Positions 1 to 12,300 of a stretch of DNA of 64,000 nt are shown here, in pieces. The notes beneath the pieces were generated by a model, which did no database searches, had not been told where the DNA came from, and was given only the letters and a program-made list of their open reading frames with translations. The number at the start of each line of letters is the position of its first letter. The first letter of the stretch is position 1. This DNA comes from Lytechinus pictus (lineage: Eukaryota): the NCBI RefSeq assembly GCF_037042905.1, contig NC_087250.1, positions 8,496,001-8,560,000 of the forward strand, in the 5' to 3' direction. Both the position numbers and the translations under genes were made by a program.

Positions 1-218
1 AGAATGTTTGGAATTTATGATATTTTAGCAAAGATTTTATCTGTTATCTTGCACATCATTGTCAAATGTCAAAGATTATAGCCATGAACTTTTAATAATC
101 AAATATCTCAAATCAGTAATCAATATCTGGCAAACATTCTATTAGTGTCATAAGTAGTATTCAGTTGCTGATTATTGACAAACTGATCAATTGCATTCAT
201 TGTTCAAATTCTACTCCC

Positions 219-592
219 TGGTGGGTGTTTCATAAAACTGTTCGTAAGTTAAGAGCGGCTTTAAGAACGACTGGTTAACCTTTCTTACACTCTAAATAAT
301 CACAAATGAACATTGAATGGTGAATATCATTTATCACAAGAAAGGATCACCAGTCGTTCTTAAAGTCGCTCTTAACTTACGAACAGCTTTATGAAACGGC
401 CCCCTGGTGGGTGTTTCATAAAGCTGTTTGTAAGATACGAATGACTTTACGCACGACTGGTGATCCTTTCTTGTGCTATGTGATATCCCTAGATCATCTA
501 GATGTAATTGAGTTATGACCTAGGAACATGTTCCAGTCGTGCATGTAAAGTCGTTCGTAACTTTACGAACAGCTTTATGAAACACCCACCAG
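219..592. mobile_element. Two adjacent ~185-bp MITEs (TIR GGTGGGTGTTTCATAAAGCTGTTCGTAAG)
   Basis: Each unit has terminal inverted repeats; a related copy lies at ~49685-49832. Confidence 0.75.
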
Positions 593-651
593 GTCTATTT
601 TAGACTATCAGACTGCTTGAAGACAGAGTCACTTCAGACCCCGAGACCTAC

Positions 652-762
652 CCTCCATGCCACTTGTTTCTGCTGAGTTGGGGAGGGTGCTTCTGATGCT
701 GACGATCGCTGGATCTTGTACCGCCCATGATGAACCGGTAGGGGAACCCACCCATGATTCAG
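652..762 (-). CDS. CNOT4: CNOT4 exon 17 (ESWVGSPTGSSWAVQDPAIVS...); donor at 651 or read-through to TGA at 629-631
   Basis: Phase-1 acceptor, W..DPAI motif, G|gtaggt donor; terminal exon probably outside the window. Confidence 0.75.
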
Positions 763-1560
763 CTGATTAAAAGAACAATGTGTTCAGTAAATGAATCTCG
801 GGATCGCATGATTGTAATCATTCGAATATATGCATGGAGAGATAATAATCACCCATGATTCAGCAGAATGTATTCCGTTAGCCAAGATTAGGAGATTGTA
901 TGATTGTAATCATGTAAATCCATTCATGAAGAGATTGTAATCCTTCAAACCCAACCAATCAAAGGAGATTTCAATGATGAACCATTAGGGAGGCCACCCA
1001 TGATTCACCTGATTAAATGGAGAATGTATTCAGTCAGCCAATCTTGGGAGATTGCATGATACAGGTAGTAATCATGTTTATCAAATCATGAAGAAATCAT
1101 AATGGTTTAAATCCATCTATATGGAGATTGTAGTCATTTAAATCCATCAATGAAGACATTGCATTGTAATCATTTAAATCCATTCATGAAGACATTGTAA
1201 TCATTTCAATCCATTCATGAAAATATTGTAATCTTCCTAAACCTATCACTTGAGATTAAAATGGTAGAGGAACCCACCCAGATACACCAAATTAAAAGCA
1301 GAATGCAATCAAAAGATATATCTTAGCATGACTGTAATCATTTGAATCCATTCATGAAGAGATTGCAATCATTTAAATCCATTCATGAAGAGAATGCAAT
1401 CATCCTAAACCAATCACACAAGATTGAAATGGTAGGGAAACCAACCCAGATTCTCCTGATTAAAAGAAAGTAATTCAATCTTGGGGATTCGCACGATCAT
1501 AAAGATTTGAATCAATTAATGAAGAGATTGTAATAATCCTAAACCAATCACACAAATCTG
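725..1560. repeat. Degenerate tandem repeat derived from the exon-17 acceptor region, with AATCCATTCATGAAGAGATTGTAATC subunits
   Basis: GAACCCACCCATGATTCA..CTGATTAAA-like blocks recur at ~745, ~995, ~1270 and ~1440. Confidence 0.7.
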
Positions 1561-1953
1561 AGATAGAAGTAATCAATATATGCCAGTCATATCACGATAT
1601 AATAATTTAATAGGATATTGTAATCATGGGAGATTAAATTAATAAATGACAATCATCACAAGTCAATTTTTGGATGAAAATGATTGTAAGCCAATCATAT
1701 AAGAATGCACTCCAATTCTAATAAAAGGATGCCATCATTGTAAAACGATCATCTGGGGATGTAATCATTAAAAGCCAATCATAAGCAAACAATAAGAGAA
1801 TGCAATCATAAGCCAATATCTGCAATCATTATTAGCTATCTTTAACGATTACAATCCTGGGAAATGTAATCAATATAGGATAATGCAATGAGATTGCAAT
1901 CATTGTAAGCCAATCAAAGAGGGTGAAATTGAATGCAATCTTGTGCATCATAC

Positions 1954-2098
1954 CTGCGTTCTGTTGTAGGCTATTGACTCTCGTCATCTCGGGTAGGAAG
2001 GACTGCGGAGGCTGTTGCGACTGACCAAAGCTGATGTTGATGTTGGGAAGAAGCGCCCTCAGACCGTCCTGCCAGGTTTTAAGATGAACATTGTCAGT
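1954..2098 (-). CDS. CNOT4: CNOT4 exon 16 (TDNVHLKTWQDGLRALLPNINISFG...)
   Basis: Conserved DGLRALLPNINI motif of the CNOT4 C-terminal region; cag/gtatga boundaries. Confidence 0.9.
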
Positions 2099-2112
2099 CT
2101 GAAACAAGCAAT

Positions 2113-2186
2113 CAATGCCCTTATTAGGGCAATGCCAAATGCCCTTATTAGGGCAATGCCAAATGCCCTTATTAGGGCAATGCCAC
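2113..2186. repeat. 24-bp minisatellite x3 (AATGCCCTTATTAGGGCAATGCCA)
   Basis: Three perfect copies, each containing a GCCCT..AGGGC hairpin; intronic. Confidence 0.9.
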
Positions 2187-2423
2187 ATTCGCAATGCCAA
2201 TACCAAAATTTCAAACATACCCAAGCCTGCCAACAATTGAAAATGAGGAAAAGGAGTCCGAATCGAACAGCGTATTTTTCTGCTCGATGTCAGGTGTGTC
2301 TCCCTCACCTTTTTTAATTAAGACATGTTTAGCATTCTTATATTAAAAAATTGGGAAATTACAAGTGTTGAAAAACTATATTACTCTTACAGGAAAATTG
2401 TAAGATTCAAGTAGGATGCTTAC

Positions 2424-2596
2424 CAGAGGATTTGGGTTGTGCGGGGAGTGACCTGGCATCGATGAACGAGGGGCAGGAAACCTTGGCACGTGATTGGCTG
2501 GCGGGGGATGGGCGGGGCCTGTCTGTCCAGTGGGTGTGGCTTCTGATGTAGGTGAAGATTGACTGTGGACCCATGGTAGAATTTTACTTCTTCCAG
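2424..2596 (-). CDS. CNOT4: CNOT4 exon 15 (AGRSKILPW...NPNPL)
   Basis: Within ORF 2376..2603; aag/gtaagc boundaries, phase 1 to 0. Confidence 0.78.
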
Positions 2597-3250
2597 CTTT
2601 CATACAAGAGGGAAAACAAAAATTTAATAAATGAAAACCAATATTTTATTGTTCTAAGTAGATATCGTAAATAAAAATACTCTGAAAATTAATTTTACCC
2701 AACTGATCATTGGGCCTGGCAGCCACTGTGCAGCCCCAGATCAAAGTTGCCCTATCCCTTAAATCGTTGAACACCAAACAGGGTAGCAGCAAATAAATAC
2801 TAATTAATTTTGAAATGAAATAAAGAGAGAGACAAAAAAAATCTGAGATATTCAGTGAATTGCACTATTGCATCCAAAATGCACTATCCTGCACTCTGAC
2901 GTCATACCATAAGTACTATCCTGCACTCTGACGTCAGAGTGCAGGATAGTACAAGTTCTGGAATTATCTAGAATTTAGATCAAATATATCATTCGGGGCA
3001 GCTCAGTAACTTGGGTGAGGGGGAGGGGTTGTATAAAACAAACAATACACGCATTCTTGTGCATAGAGGACCTAAATAATGAACTCTGTGCTCGACTCGC
3101 CAAATGGATATACCGCACTCAGTCCTGCGGACCTCGGTGCGGTATATCCATTGGCTCTTCTTGCACATCGTTCATTATTTGGCCCTGCATGCACGCGCTT
3201 ACGTGCATTATTTGTATAATGCACGATGTGTGAGAAGAGCCAATGGATAT

Positions 3251-5055
3251 GATAATAGGTTCTCGTGCTAATCTCAGGAAAATAGATTCTTTCACGATTT
3301 CGTTAAACGGTGATTTGATAGTTCAGTTCAATTCACCAAATGCTTAGGAGTTTTGATAGATGAAGAACTGAAATGGTCAAAACAAATTGAAGTATGTAAA
3401 CTTACTCAGAAAAGTATTGGCATAATAAAGAGAGCGAAAAGTTCTGTGCCTGTGCAGTCCTTAAAGTTGCTTTATAACAGTTTAGTGTTGCCAAGATTTG
3501 ATTACTGTTCTGCTGTATGGTCGAATAGATTTCAATCCCATACAATTAAGCTGCAAAAAATTCAGAGGGGGTGCAAGAATAATATTGAACAAGACATACG
3601 ACACACCGTCGGCTGATTTGTTCGCAAGTCTTAACCCTAATTCTCCCGGGGGGGGGGGGGGCCATAATGGCCCCCCCCTCGACAATTTTCGCGATATATC
3701 TGCTTCGCGAATTTTTTTTACCTCGCCGCTCACTGACTTTTTACTTTCAAGTCTCGCGCAAATTTTGAGACCAAATTTGTGACGCCCGGGTACGCGGTTA
3801 CGACATTACGCAACATTATATAAGTGCATGTCAGACCCAAAATTGCTCATAAACGTGATTTCATGTACAAATCCAATGCAAATAGTGTACTTAGCCAAAA
3901 TTCATAAATGTATCATTATTTCTACTTTTACTGATTAAACTTAATTAATTTTGCCTTGTTTATGATCAGAATTAAGTCTGGAACGATTTCCATTGAAAAA
4001 ACAATAAAAAACCAAAAGTAAAAAAACAAAGAAATACATAAGAAATTCATAAAACAATAAAATACATAAGAAATTGATTTCCAAACCGAAGTTTTTTTTA
4101 ATTGCGCTTGTTAAGAATGCTACAAAGAATATTTTTACCAAAAATTAGCATTCTAGGAGCTTTATTTAGTGAATTAGAGCAAAAAGTATGATTTATGCAT
4201 AAATTAGCATAATTAATTCATATAAAATAAAATCTCAATATTTTGGAAAATTTTACCATACAGCCTTGTAGATTACATCACACACTACCAGCGTGCAAAT
4301 TTTTGCATCGCTCGCGCGATCGGCGGCCGAGATCTTAAGGGGGGGCCATAATGGCCCCCCCCGGGAATGACAAGAATCAAAATACCCCGGGAGCTTGAGG
4401 GTTAAATGGATGACACTAGACAAACGATTTGAGCTCAGTCGCGTTTTGATGATATATAAATGTGTTCATAATTTAGCACCTTCTTACCTTCAGGTAAACT
4501 TAACCAATCCAAATGATGTACATGAACATCATACCAGACAGAGAGACAGTGGATATTTACGCGTGCCCAAGTTTCGCACTGATTGTTATAAGTGTAGTCC
4601 AATTGTTTCTTCAATATTTGAATGGAATAAGCTTGATAATTCAATTAGAACAGCTCCTCCTGTCATTTCATTTAAGAGAATGTTTAAAAGAACTTGTAAT
4701 TTATAAATAACTTGCGGAACATCCACTGTTGTGCGTATTTTGTTTTAGCATGACCTTGATGATTTGGTGTATATCATCAGTATTTTCAAGATGTCGTTCT
4801 TAGTTAATTTGATTTATTGATATTTGATTATACGTCAAACGAGTGTCCGTCTGCGTTTTGTTTGCTGCTAAGTTTGTTAATGTTTCTTTTTACATTCAAA
4901 TCCTAATGTGAATTTTAATGCCGTAACATTCTGTACATACGTTATGCATTTTGTAAATATGTTTATTGTTATTCAGGGCCCCATGGAAGACCACTACTTA
5001 TTGGTGAATGGGCTACCCTGTCAAAATATCAGAAATAAATAAATAAATAAATAAA
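3251..5055 (+). mobile_element. 5'-truncated CR1/L2-type LINE (RT C-terminal part, (TAAA)n tail)
   Basis: LGVLIDEELKW, LYNSLVLPRFDYCSAVW, KCVHNLAPSYL, EWNKL motifs; frameshifted; split by a MITE. Confidence 0.85.
3635..4401. mobile_element. piggyBac-like non-autonomous element, TTAA TSD
   Basis: TTAA|CCCTAATTCTCCCGGGG...CCCCGGGAGCTTGAGGG|TTAA; removing it restores the LINE frame (SLKWMTL). Confidence 0.88.
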
Positions 5056-5501
5056 TATACCGCACCGAGGTCCGAGTGCAGTATATCCATTTGGCGAGTC
5101 GAGCACAGAGTTCACTTTTTAGGTCCTCTATGCACAAGAATGTTTTTTTTTTTTTATACAACCCCCCTCCCTCCCCTATGTTACTGAGTTGCCCCAAATG
5201 CTACATTTGATCTAAATTCTATATGATTCCAGACCTCGCACTATCCTGCACTCTGACGTCAGAGTGCAGGATAGTACTTTTGGTATGACGTCAGAGTGCA
5301 GGATAGTGCATTTTGGATGCAATAGTGCAATTTGCTGAATATCATGTGATCCGATTTGGACCAATCAGATTACAGAACATTCTTGGGAATTATATAATTC
5401 AGAATCACTGATCCTTTACCAAACCTTTTGTCCTATTCCACCTCTAATCCCCCTTCCACCATTCTCTCTTTCTCGATCTTGATCTTCTTTCTCTACCCTA
5501 C

Positions 5502-5654
5502 CTGGTCTTCCATGTCTATGCATGGGCACAAACGGTTGACTGTGACTGTTGAAACCGGGAGGAGGCTGGGTGATCTTTGAAGGTTGATTGAGCTGGAGCT
5601 CCTTCTCCAGCAAGTCTGCTAATCCTTGACTAGATTCCTGCCAGGGGTCAAAGC
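5502..5654 (-). CDS. CNOT4: CNOT4 exon 14, CAF40-binding motif (GFDPWQESSQGLADLLEKEL...PPPGF)
   Basis: Within ORF 5416..5664; EDDLGFDP...LADLLEKE matches the metazoan NOT4 CAF40-binding motif. Confidence 0.92.
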
Positions 5655-5736
5655 CTGCAAACAAAGTTCAACATAAATGCCAATAGCGGTAACAATCTGA
5701 AAAAAAGTTCAAACAGAATCCATTGAAATGACACCA

Positions 5737-6010
5737 GGGCCCCGTCTTACAAAGAGTTAGGATTGATCCAATCAATCGTAACTCTATGGAAATCCATCAG
5801 TGCCATAAATTTTTCTACAGGAAATTTGCAAAATGTACTTTGTAAACAAAGGCGAACGCACCAAATTGTCAAGAAAACAATGATTTGATGGGATACTTCA
5901 TTATCTAAAAAAAACATTTTTAACAAACATGCATTTTAGATGTGGACGTTGCTGGCTTTCCATAGTTGAGGTTGATCGGATCAATCGCAACTCTTTGTAA
6001 GACGGGTCCC
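5737..6010. mobile_element. ~270-bp MITE (TIR GGGCCCCGTCTTACAAAGAGTT); other copies at ~22529-22799, ~23902-24180, ~62087-62363
   Basis: ~45-bp TIRs, four dispersed similar copies. Confidence 0.8.
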
Positions 6011-6569
6011 AGGGGCCCGTTGCATAAAAAGTTATTATTATGGGAACTTTGCCATCCAATGGTAACTACCATGGTAATAATAACAATAATAACGGCATAT
6101 TTACCCAGGGTAGCCACTTCAGTTCCGAAAACTGTTCTCCCAGCGGGCCCTGCTATTATTACCCCGGCTTTAGCACGGCTACCTTGATTGGGCGCTCGAG
6201 TTCAAGGAATTTCTTCCTACCGGGTATCCATTCACCTCACCTGGGATGAGTGAGGCACAATGTGGATAAATTTCTTGCCGAAGGAAATTACGCCATGGTA
6301 ACAATGATCAACAGTCAATCAAAATCAAGGAAACCATGGAAGTTACCATAAAAGTAACTTTTATACAAAGGGCCCCAGAAGTGTTAAGTATTTCATGAAA
6401 AAAAATATCTTCATCGTCATAATCTTCTATTACGGGAATAAGGTGGCGGCCTGTAACTATTACTATTATGGTAACTTCCATGGTTTCCTTGATTTTGATT
6501 GACAATTGTAAATTTTAGTCACATTTACATGTTTCTGAAACATTCCTGGAAATAAGGAAATGAGCCCAC

Positions 6570-6698
6570 CTAAATCATCTTCATTGTGCTTTTCTTTAGG
6601 GTCCGATGTAAAACCAAAAGCAGCTTGCCAGTCTGTTGTATGGCTGTCTACCGGTAAAAGCTCATTGCCAGCTGTCCAATTGCTACCATTGTTCCAAT
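6570..6698 (-). CDS. CNOT4: CNOT4 exon 13 (...TDWQAAFGF...EDDL)
   Basis: Conserved DWQAAFGF motif and start of the CAF40-binding motif; phase 1 to 1. Confidence 0.92.
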
Positions 6699-6819
6699 CT
6701 AAAGAAAGACATACAAAAAAGTTCCTTTATTTTAGTAAGAAACATAAATTTAACATCAGTATCATAAACATGAATGAGAATTCTCTGAATTTGAGACTGT
6801 CTTTCTAAAAACACCAATA

Positions 6820-7302
6820 ATCACCATCATCATCATCACCATAATCATCATCATCATCACTATCACCACCATCACTATCATCATCACCATCATCATCATC
6901 ACATACTTTATCATCATCATCACCATAATCGTAATCATCACCACCACCATCATCATCATCATCATTACTATCATTACAATCATCATCATCATTATCATCA
7001 TCATCACCATCATCACCATCATCATCATCACCATCATCACCATCATCATCATCATTATCATCATCATCACCATCATCACCATCATCACCACCACCATCAT
7101 CATCATCATCATTACTATCATTACAATCATCATCATCATTATCATCATCATCACCATCATCATCATCACCATCATCACCATCATCATCATCATCATCATT
7201 ATCATCACCACAATCACAACCCCCATGACGATCATCCTCACCATAGCCAACACCAACAACATCAACACAACTAACATTAAGTTTATCATCATCCTCATTC
7301 AT
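6820..7302. repeat. (CAT/CAC)n microsatellite
   Basis: Direct reading; source of the spurious poly-D and poly-M ORFs. Confidence 0.95.
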
Positions 7303-7867
7303 CTATAACAATCATAAAACTACAATAATCTCAATCACAATAAACGCCGTTGTACAACGCCTACTTAGCTTGTACGCGAGCAAATGGGAGGCTGAATGTC
7401 TATAAACATCTTTCCTGTTGCACACACAATGTACCATCCAAAATGTACCGTTGCACGGCTTTAGGAGGTGACGTCACAATATGATTCAATTCATTGCGCT
7501 GAGTAAAAAAATGAAGGTAAAATATACGCGTATATTAATAGCCTGGCTAAATACGTAATGCTGCCCGAGGTCATGTGTGCTTGTGGGATTTTGCTTTTCG
7601 CTTTCAATATTTTTGCTCCCTTTTCATGGATTACTTTAGGGAAAACTCGTTTTTCTTTCATTATTTCGCTTAACTCCGAGGCGTACTACAATACAAATAG
7701 CGAATATTCTTATTTGTATAATGGTGCGAGATTTAGCATTTGGTGAAAGAAAGAGACGCTCAATTCAACGAGGCGTTAGCCAAGTTGAATAGAGCATCTT
7801 TATTTCACCTCATGTGAAATCAGATCGTACCTGTGCCAATTTGCTATTTGTATACTATTAGACTCAC

Positions 7868-8087
7868 CATTCTGCGGTGGCATGCCGGGTATGGGCACCG
7901 CCGGCACGTGTCTCTGAAGATTAGCCTGGGGGATGAACCCGTTGCCTCCGAAGAGATGGGCGATGTCACCAAAGGGGGCCCCTCTACCGGGGTGGGGCAG
8001 GTTTGGAGGGGGTCCTGTGGGACCCGACAGGGGTTGTTGCCTGGTGTCTGTCACTGGGGGTGGGGGCAGGTCAGGGACTGATTGCAC
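7868..8087 (-). CDS. CNOT4: CNOT4 exon 12, proline-rich region (VQSVPDLPPPP...PPQN)
   Basis: Within ORF 7800..8108; ag/gtgagt boundaries, phase 0 to 1. Confidence 0.82.
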
Positions 8088-9025
8088 CTGAATAATGACA
8101 AATAACAAAATAATGAATTTTCACCACTTTTGTGAGAACTTCCAAGGGGTAGAAGCCAGGTGTCTGCCACTGGGGGTGGGGACAGGAATGGGGAGTGTTC
8201 AATACTTCATCGGACACATCGTTTCCCTACCCCCTTCTGTAAGAAAATATTGATATTCATCATGAACCATGAAAAAAAGATGGGAATTTATTGAACATAG
8301 ATGTGGCAACTGCCACATAGGAAGCCACAACATGGATATTTCATATACTATCATATTCTTTGCAGGATATTTATATTATATTGGATGGCTCTGAATGGAA
8401 TACCAGAAATATTCCAAGAGTTTGGGCAAATATTCCACGAATCGCAGATGAGTGGAATATTGGCCCTAAGGAGTGGAATATTTCTGGTATTCCATGAAAT
8501 AAAGCCATCCAATATAATTATCATCTATCCCACCCCTTGCAATAAAAAAAGAGAGAAATTTGATTGAACAAGTCATATCCACTTATCACATAATGGCGAC
8601 ATCACTTCATATGATCAAATTTGGTCGTTGACATGCGACTTGCATGTAGTTCATTATGACCGTAATAGAGTGTCATTGTGCTCTTATGCTGCGCATCGCA
8701 TTGCTTTCATTGATGTGCGCGTTGTATATTTCACGCATTCGCGCATGCGCACTATACTGTTGAATATGCTCTCATACTCAATAGCAAATTTTGTACAGGA
8801 GCCTACGGGATATTCTTTGGATTTTGGTCATTCTAGGGATATGCTCTGATACTGCACAGGCAATTGATGCAGACCAAAAATACGCGTTTTTAATGAATGG
8901 CTAAAACACTATATAGATGATAACCATCAATCCTTCACCAATATTCTTCTCTATTCTGTCTCCTTTTATTAAATCCATCTTGTCCTTGGGGTGAGCTTCC
9001 CCTTCAGCGAGAAAATACCACTCAC

Positions 9026-9251
9026 CTGTGGGGAAGCCTCATGCGGCGTGCTGCTCAGGCTACCGGTCTCCGTTATCGCTCTCTTCTGGGGTATATCAAT
9101 AGGGGGCGCCGCGCTGTTATGCGGATGTGGAAGGTTTTCGTGCGCCTCTGTGGTCAATCCGTTGGAGGCCTGCGTTGAGGACTGCGGTAAGCTGGTAGGC
9201 AGGGGGTCTGTTCTGTCCACGATATCTGAAGGTGTGTCTTTTGTTGTGTGG
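9026..9251 (-). CDS. CNOT4: CNOT4 exon 11, S/P/T-rich region
   Basis: In frame with ORF 8969..9220; ag/gtgagt boundaries, phase 2 to 0. Confidence 0.8.
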
Positions 9252-9346
9252 CTGTTTAGGAGGAGGCAATGTAAAATGAATATTGACGTGAACAGCTCAA
9301 TTCTATCCTGGGCCCCGTTGCATAAAAGTCACTGTTATGGTAACTT

Positions 9347-12300
9347 TATGAGGCGCCGAATGTACCAATATTATATAGAACAATTATTTGTTATATAATC
9401 ATTATTTATTAAATAATAACTATTATTTATATATAATTTACATTTTATTTGTAAATAACTACTATTATATAAAATATCATTTCTAATTATTTATATATAA
9501 TTCCAAGTAATACTTCATTATTTGTAAATAATAATAGTTCGACATTCCATTATTTATAAATAATGATTATTTGTTTTTCATTATTTATAAATAATGATTA
9601 TTTGTTTTTCATTATTTATAAATAATGATTATTGGTTTTTCATTATTTACAAATAATGATTATTTGTTTTTCATTATTTATAAATAATTTGTTGAGTTTT
9701 CCATTATTTATAAATAATGATTATTTGTTAAATAATGAAAACGTCTACTTCATTATTTATAAATAATTTTTTCGAGTGCACCATTATTCTCATTATTTAT
9801 AAATAATCATTATTTAATGTTCGAGTTTTCCATTATTTATAAATAAAGATTATTTGTTAAATAATGAAATATCTACTTCATTATTTATAAATAATAATTT
9901 TGTTTCAATATCCCATTATTTATAAATAATCATTATTTATAAACAATTTTTACAGTTTGCCATTATATACAAATAATCATTATTTATATACAAATAACCA
10001 TTATTTATTAAATAATGCCATTATTTATTAAATAATGCCATTATTTATTAAATAATGGTAAACTCGCTATAACATGCAAATGTAGGACCGCCCATGATAT
10101 GAATATTCATGATGCGATTTCCTTTTTCGTGATTTTTCTTCACAATTTTTTGTCCATTTCCTCTTCATAATGACATTTCTTGAAGCAATTTTCTAGGGAT
10201 ATGGTCTGATTGTAATATTCTTCATTTTCTATATAACTTCGTCTTCGTAGAAATATCAAAAAGTGTAATTTTATACGATTTTTCCTACAGTTCACAATCC
10301 CCATAGGCGCGCGTGTATCGTAGGGACAACCGGTGAATCGACGGAGTGCTCTTCATCGAAATACTACGTTGGTTGGTCCCCGGAAGTGGCGGGCGGAATT
10401 TAGCCCGAATCCTCGATGGAAGTCGATCAAGTGCATATGAGCTGAGAGAGTGAAATATCAGTGTACTTGTACACTCAGGCCCTTTCACTTTTTATAAATA
10501 TTTCTTGTTGCTTTTTTTGTTAAGTTAATTTTTCCTGGTGTAGAGATAAGTTTCAGTTCTAATAATGCACTTCAAATACATTGTGGAGTGTCTGTTTATG
10601 AGGCGTTTGGGGCGATTTCACCCTGGCCCCAAAATGCTCGCAACGACAATACGGGGGCATGATGACCCCTAAATTTTTAAAAACTTATTTTTCTATTGAA
10701 AATTATCACAAAATTCACCAAAAGTGTGCACGAAAGCCTTCGTATTTCACTTTTAAAAGTCCAAAAAGTGCCCAAATGACAAGCTTGGTCGCTTCGCTGT
10801 GTCGCTTTCAACTTGAGAACGTTTACGCGTCTGCTTCGATCGATCCCCCCCCCCCCCTCCTCCGTAAGAAATTCTGTATACGGCCATGCTCTAAAGAGCC
10901 TGGCTCATTGATTTATGTATACTTTCATTTTCATTATTTTTATCTCATTATCAACATGGCCTTATACGCAGAATTTTTTCCAGGGGGGCCGGGGCCGGAG
11001 CATGACGCGCGTAAACTTTCTCAAAAAAATCTTGAAAGCGAGACAGCGACGCGACCAAGCTCAAATGAGCTTGGTCGCTTCGCTTTTTCAAGATTTTTAT
11101 GAGAAAGTTTACGCGCGTCCTGCACCCCCCCCCCCCCCCCCCGGAAAAAATTCTGCGTAAGGCCATGTTGATAATGAGATAAAAATAATGAAAATGAAAG
11201 TATACATAAATCAATGTGCCAGGCTCTTTAGAGCATGGCCGTATACAGAATTTCTTACGGAGAGGGGGGGGGGGGGGGGGGATCGATCGAAGCAGATGCG
11301 TAAACGTTCTCAAGTTGAAAGCGACACAGCGAAGCGACCAAGCTTGTCATTTGGGCACTTTTTGGACTTTTAAAAGTGAAATACGAAGGCTTTCGTGCAC
11401 ACTTTTGGTGAATTTTGTGATAATTTTCAATAGAAAAATAAGTTTTTAAAAATTTAGGGGTCATCATGCCCCCGTATTGTCGTTGCGAGCATTTTGGGGC
11501 CAGGGTGAAATCGCCCCAAACGCCTCAAACAGACACTCCACAATGTATTTGAAGTGCATTATTAGAACTGAAACTTATCTCTACACCAGGAAAAATTAAC
11601 TTAACAAAAAAAGCAACAAGAAATATTTATAAAAAGTGAAAGGGCCTGAGTGTACAAGTACACTGATATTTCACTCTCTCAGCTCATATGCACTTGATCG
11701 ACTTCCATCGAGGATTCGGGCTAAATTCCGCCCGCCACTTCCGGGGACCAACCAACGTAGTATTTCGATGAAGAGCACTCCGTCGATTCACCGGTTGTCC
11801 CTACGATACACGCGCGCCTATGGGGATTGTGAACTGTAGGAAAAATCGTATAAAATTACACTTTTTGATATTTCTACGAAGACGAAGTTATATAGAAAAT
11901 GAAAAATATTACAATCAGACCATATCCCTAGAAAATTGCTTCAAGAAATGTCATTATGAAGAGGAAATGGACAAAAAATTGTGAAGAAAAATCACGAAAA
12001 AGGAAATCGCATCATGAATATTCATATCATGGGCGGTCCTACATTTGCATGTTATAGCGAGTTTTCCATTATTTAATAAATAATGGCATTATTTAATAAA
12101 TAATGGCATTATTTAATAAATAATGGTTATTTGTATATAAATAATGATTATTTGTATATAATGGCAAACTGTAAAAATTGTTTATAAATAATGATTATTT
12201 ATAAATAATGGGATATTGAAACAAAATTATTATTTATAAATAATGAAGTAGATATTTCATTATTTAACAAATAATCTTTATTTATAAATAATGGAAAACT

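Larger units (their letters stand above)
2845..5399. mobile_element. Foldback MITE (ACTATCCTGCACTCTGACGTCA motifs) hosting a LINE fragment
   Basis: 2845-3250 is inversely repeated at 5056-5345; an uninterrupted relative lies at ~24428-24840. Confidence 0.7.

Noticed and set aside
2015..2317. ORFs with NALIRAMP or WHCPNKGI repeats
   Set aside because: Translation of an intronic 24-bp minisatellite; the real exon starts at 2098
6762..7302. Poly-Asp and poly-Met ORFs
   Set aside because: Translations of a (CAT)n microsatellite inside a CNOT4 intron; not needed for exon phase
10285..11839. Duplicate 67-aa and related ORFs on opposite strands
   Set aside because: Consequence of the palindrome; no recognisable domain
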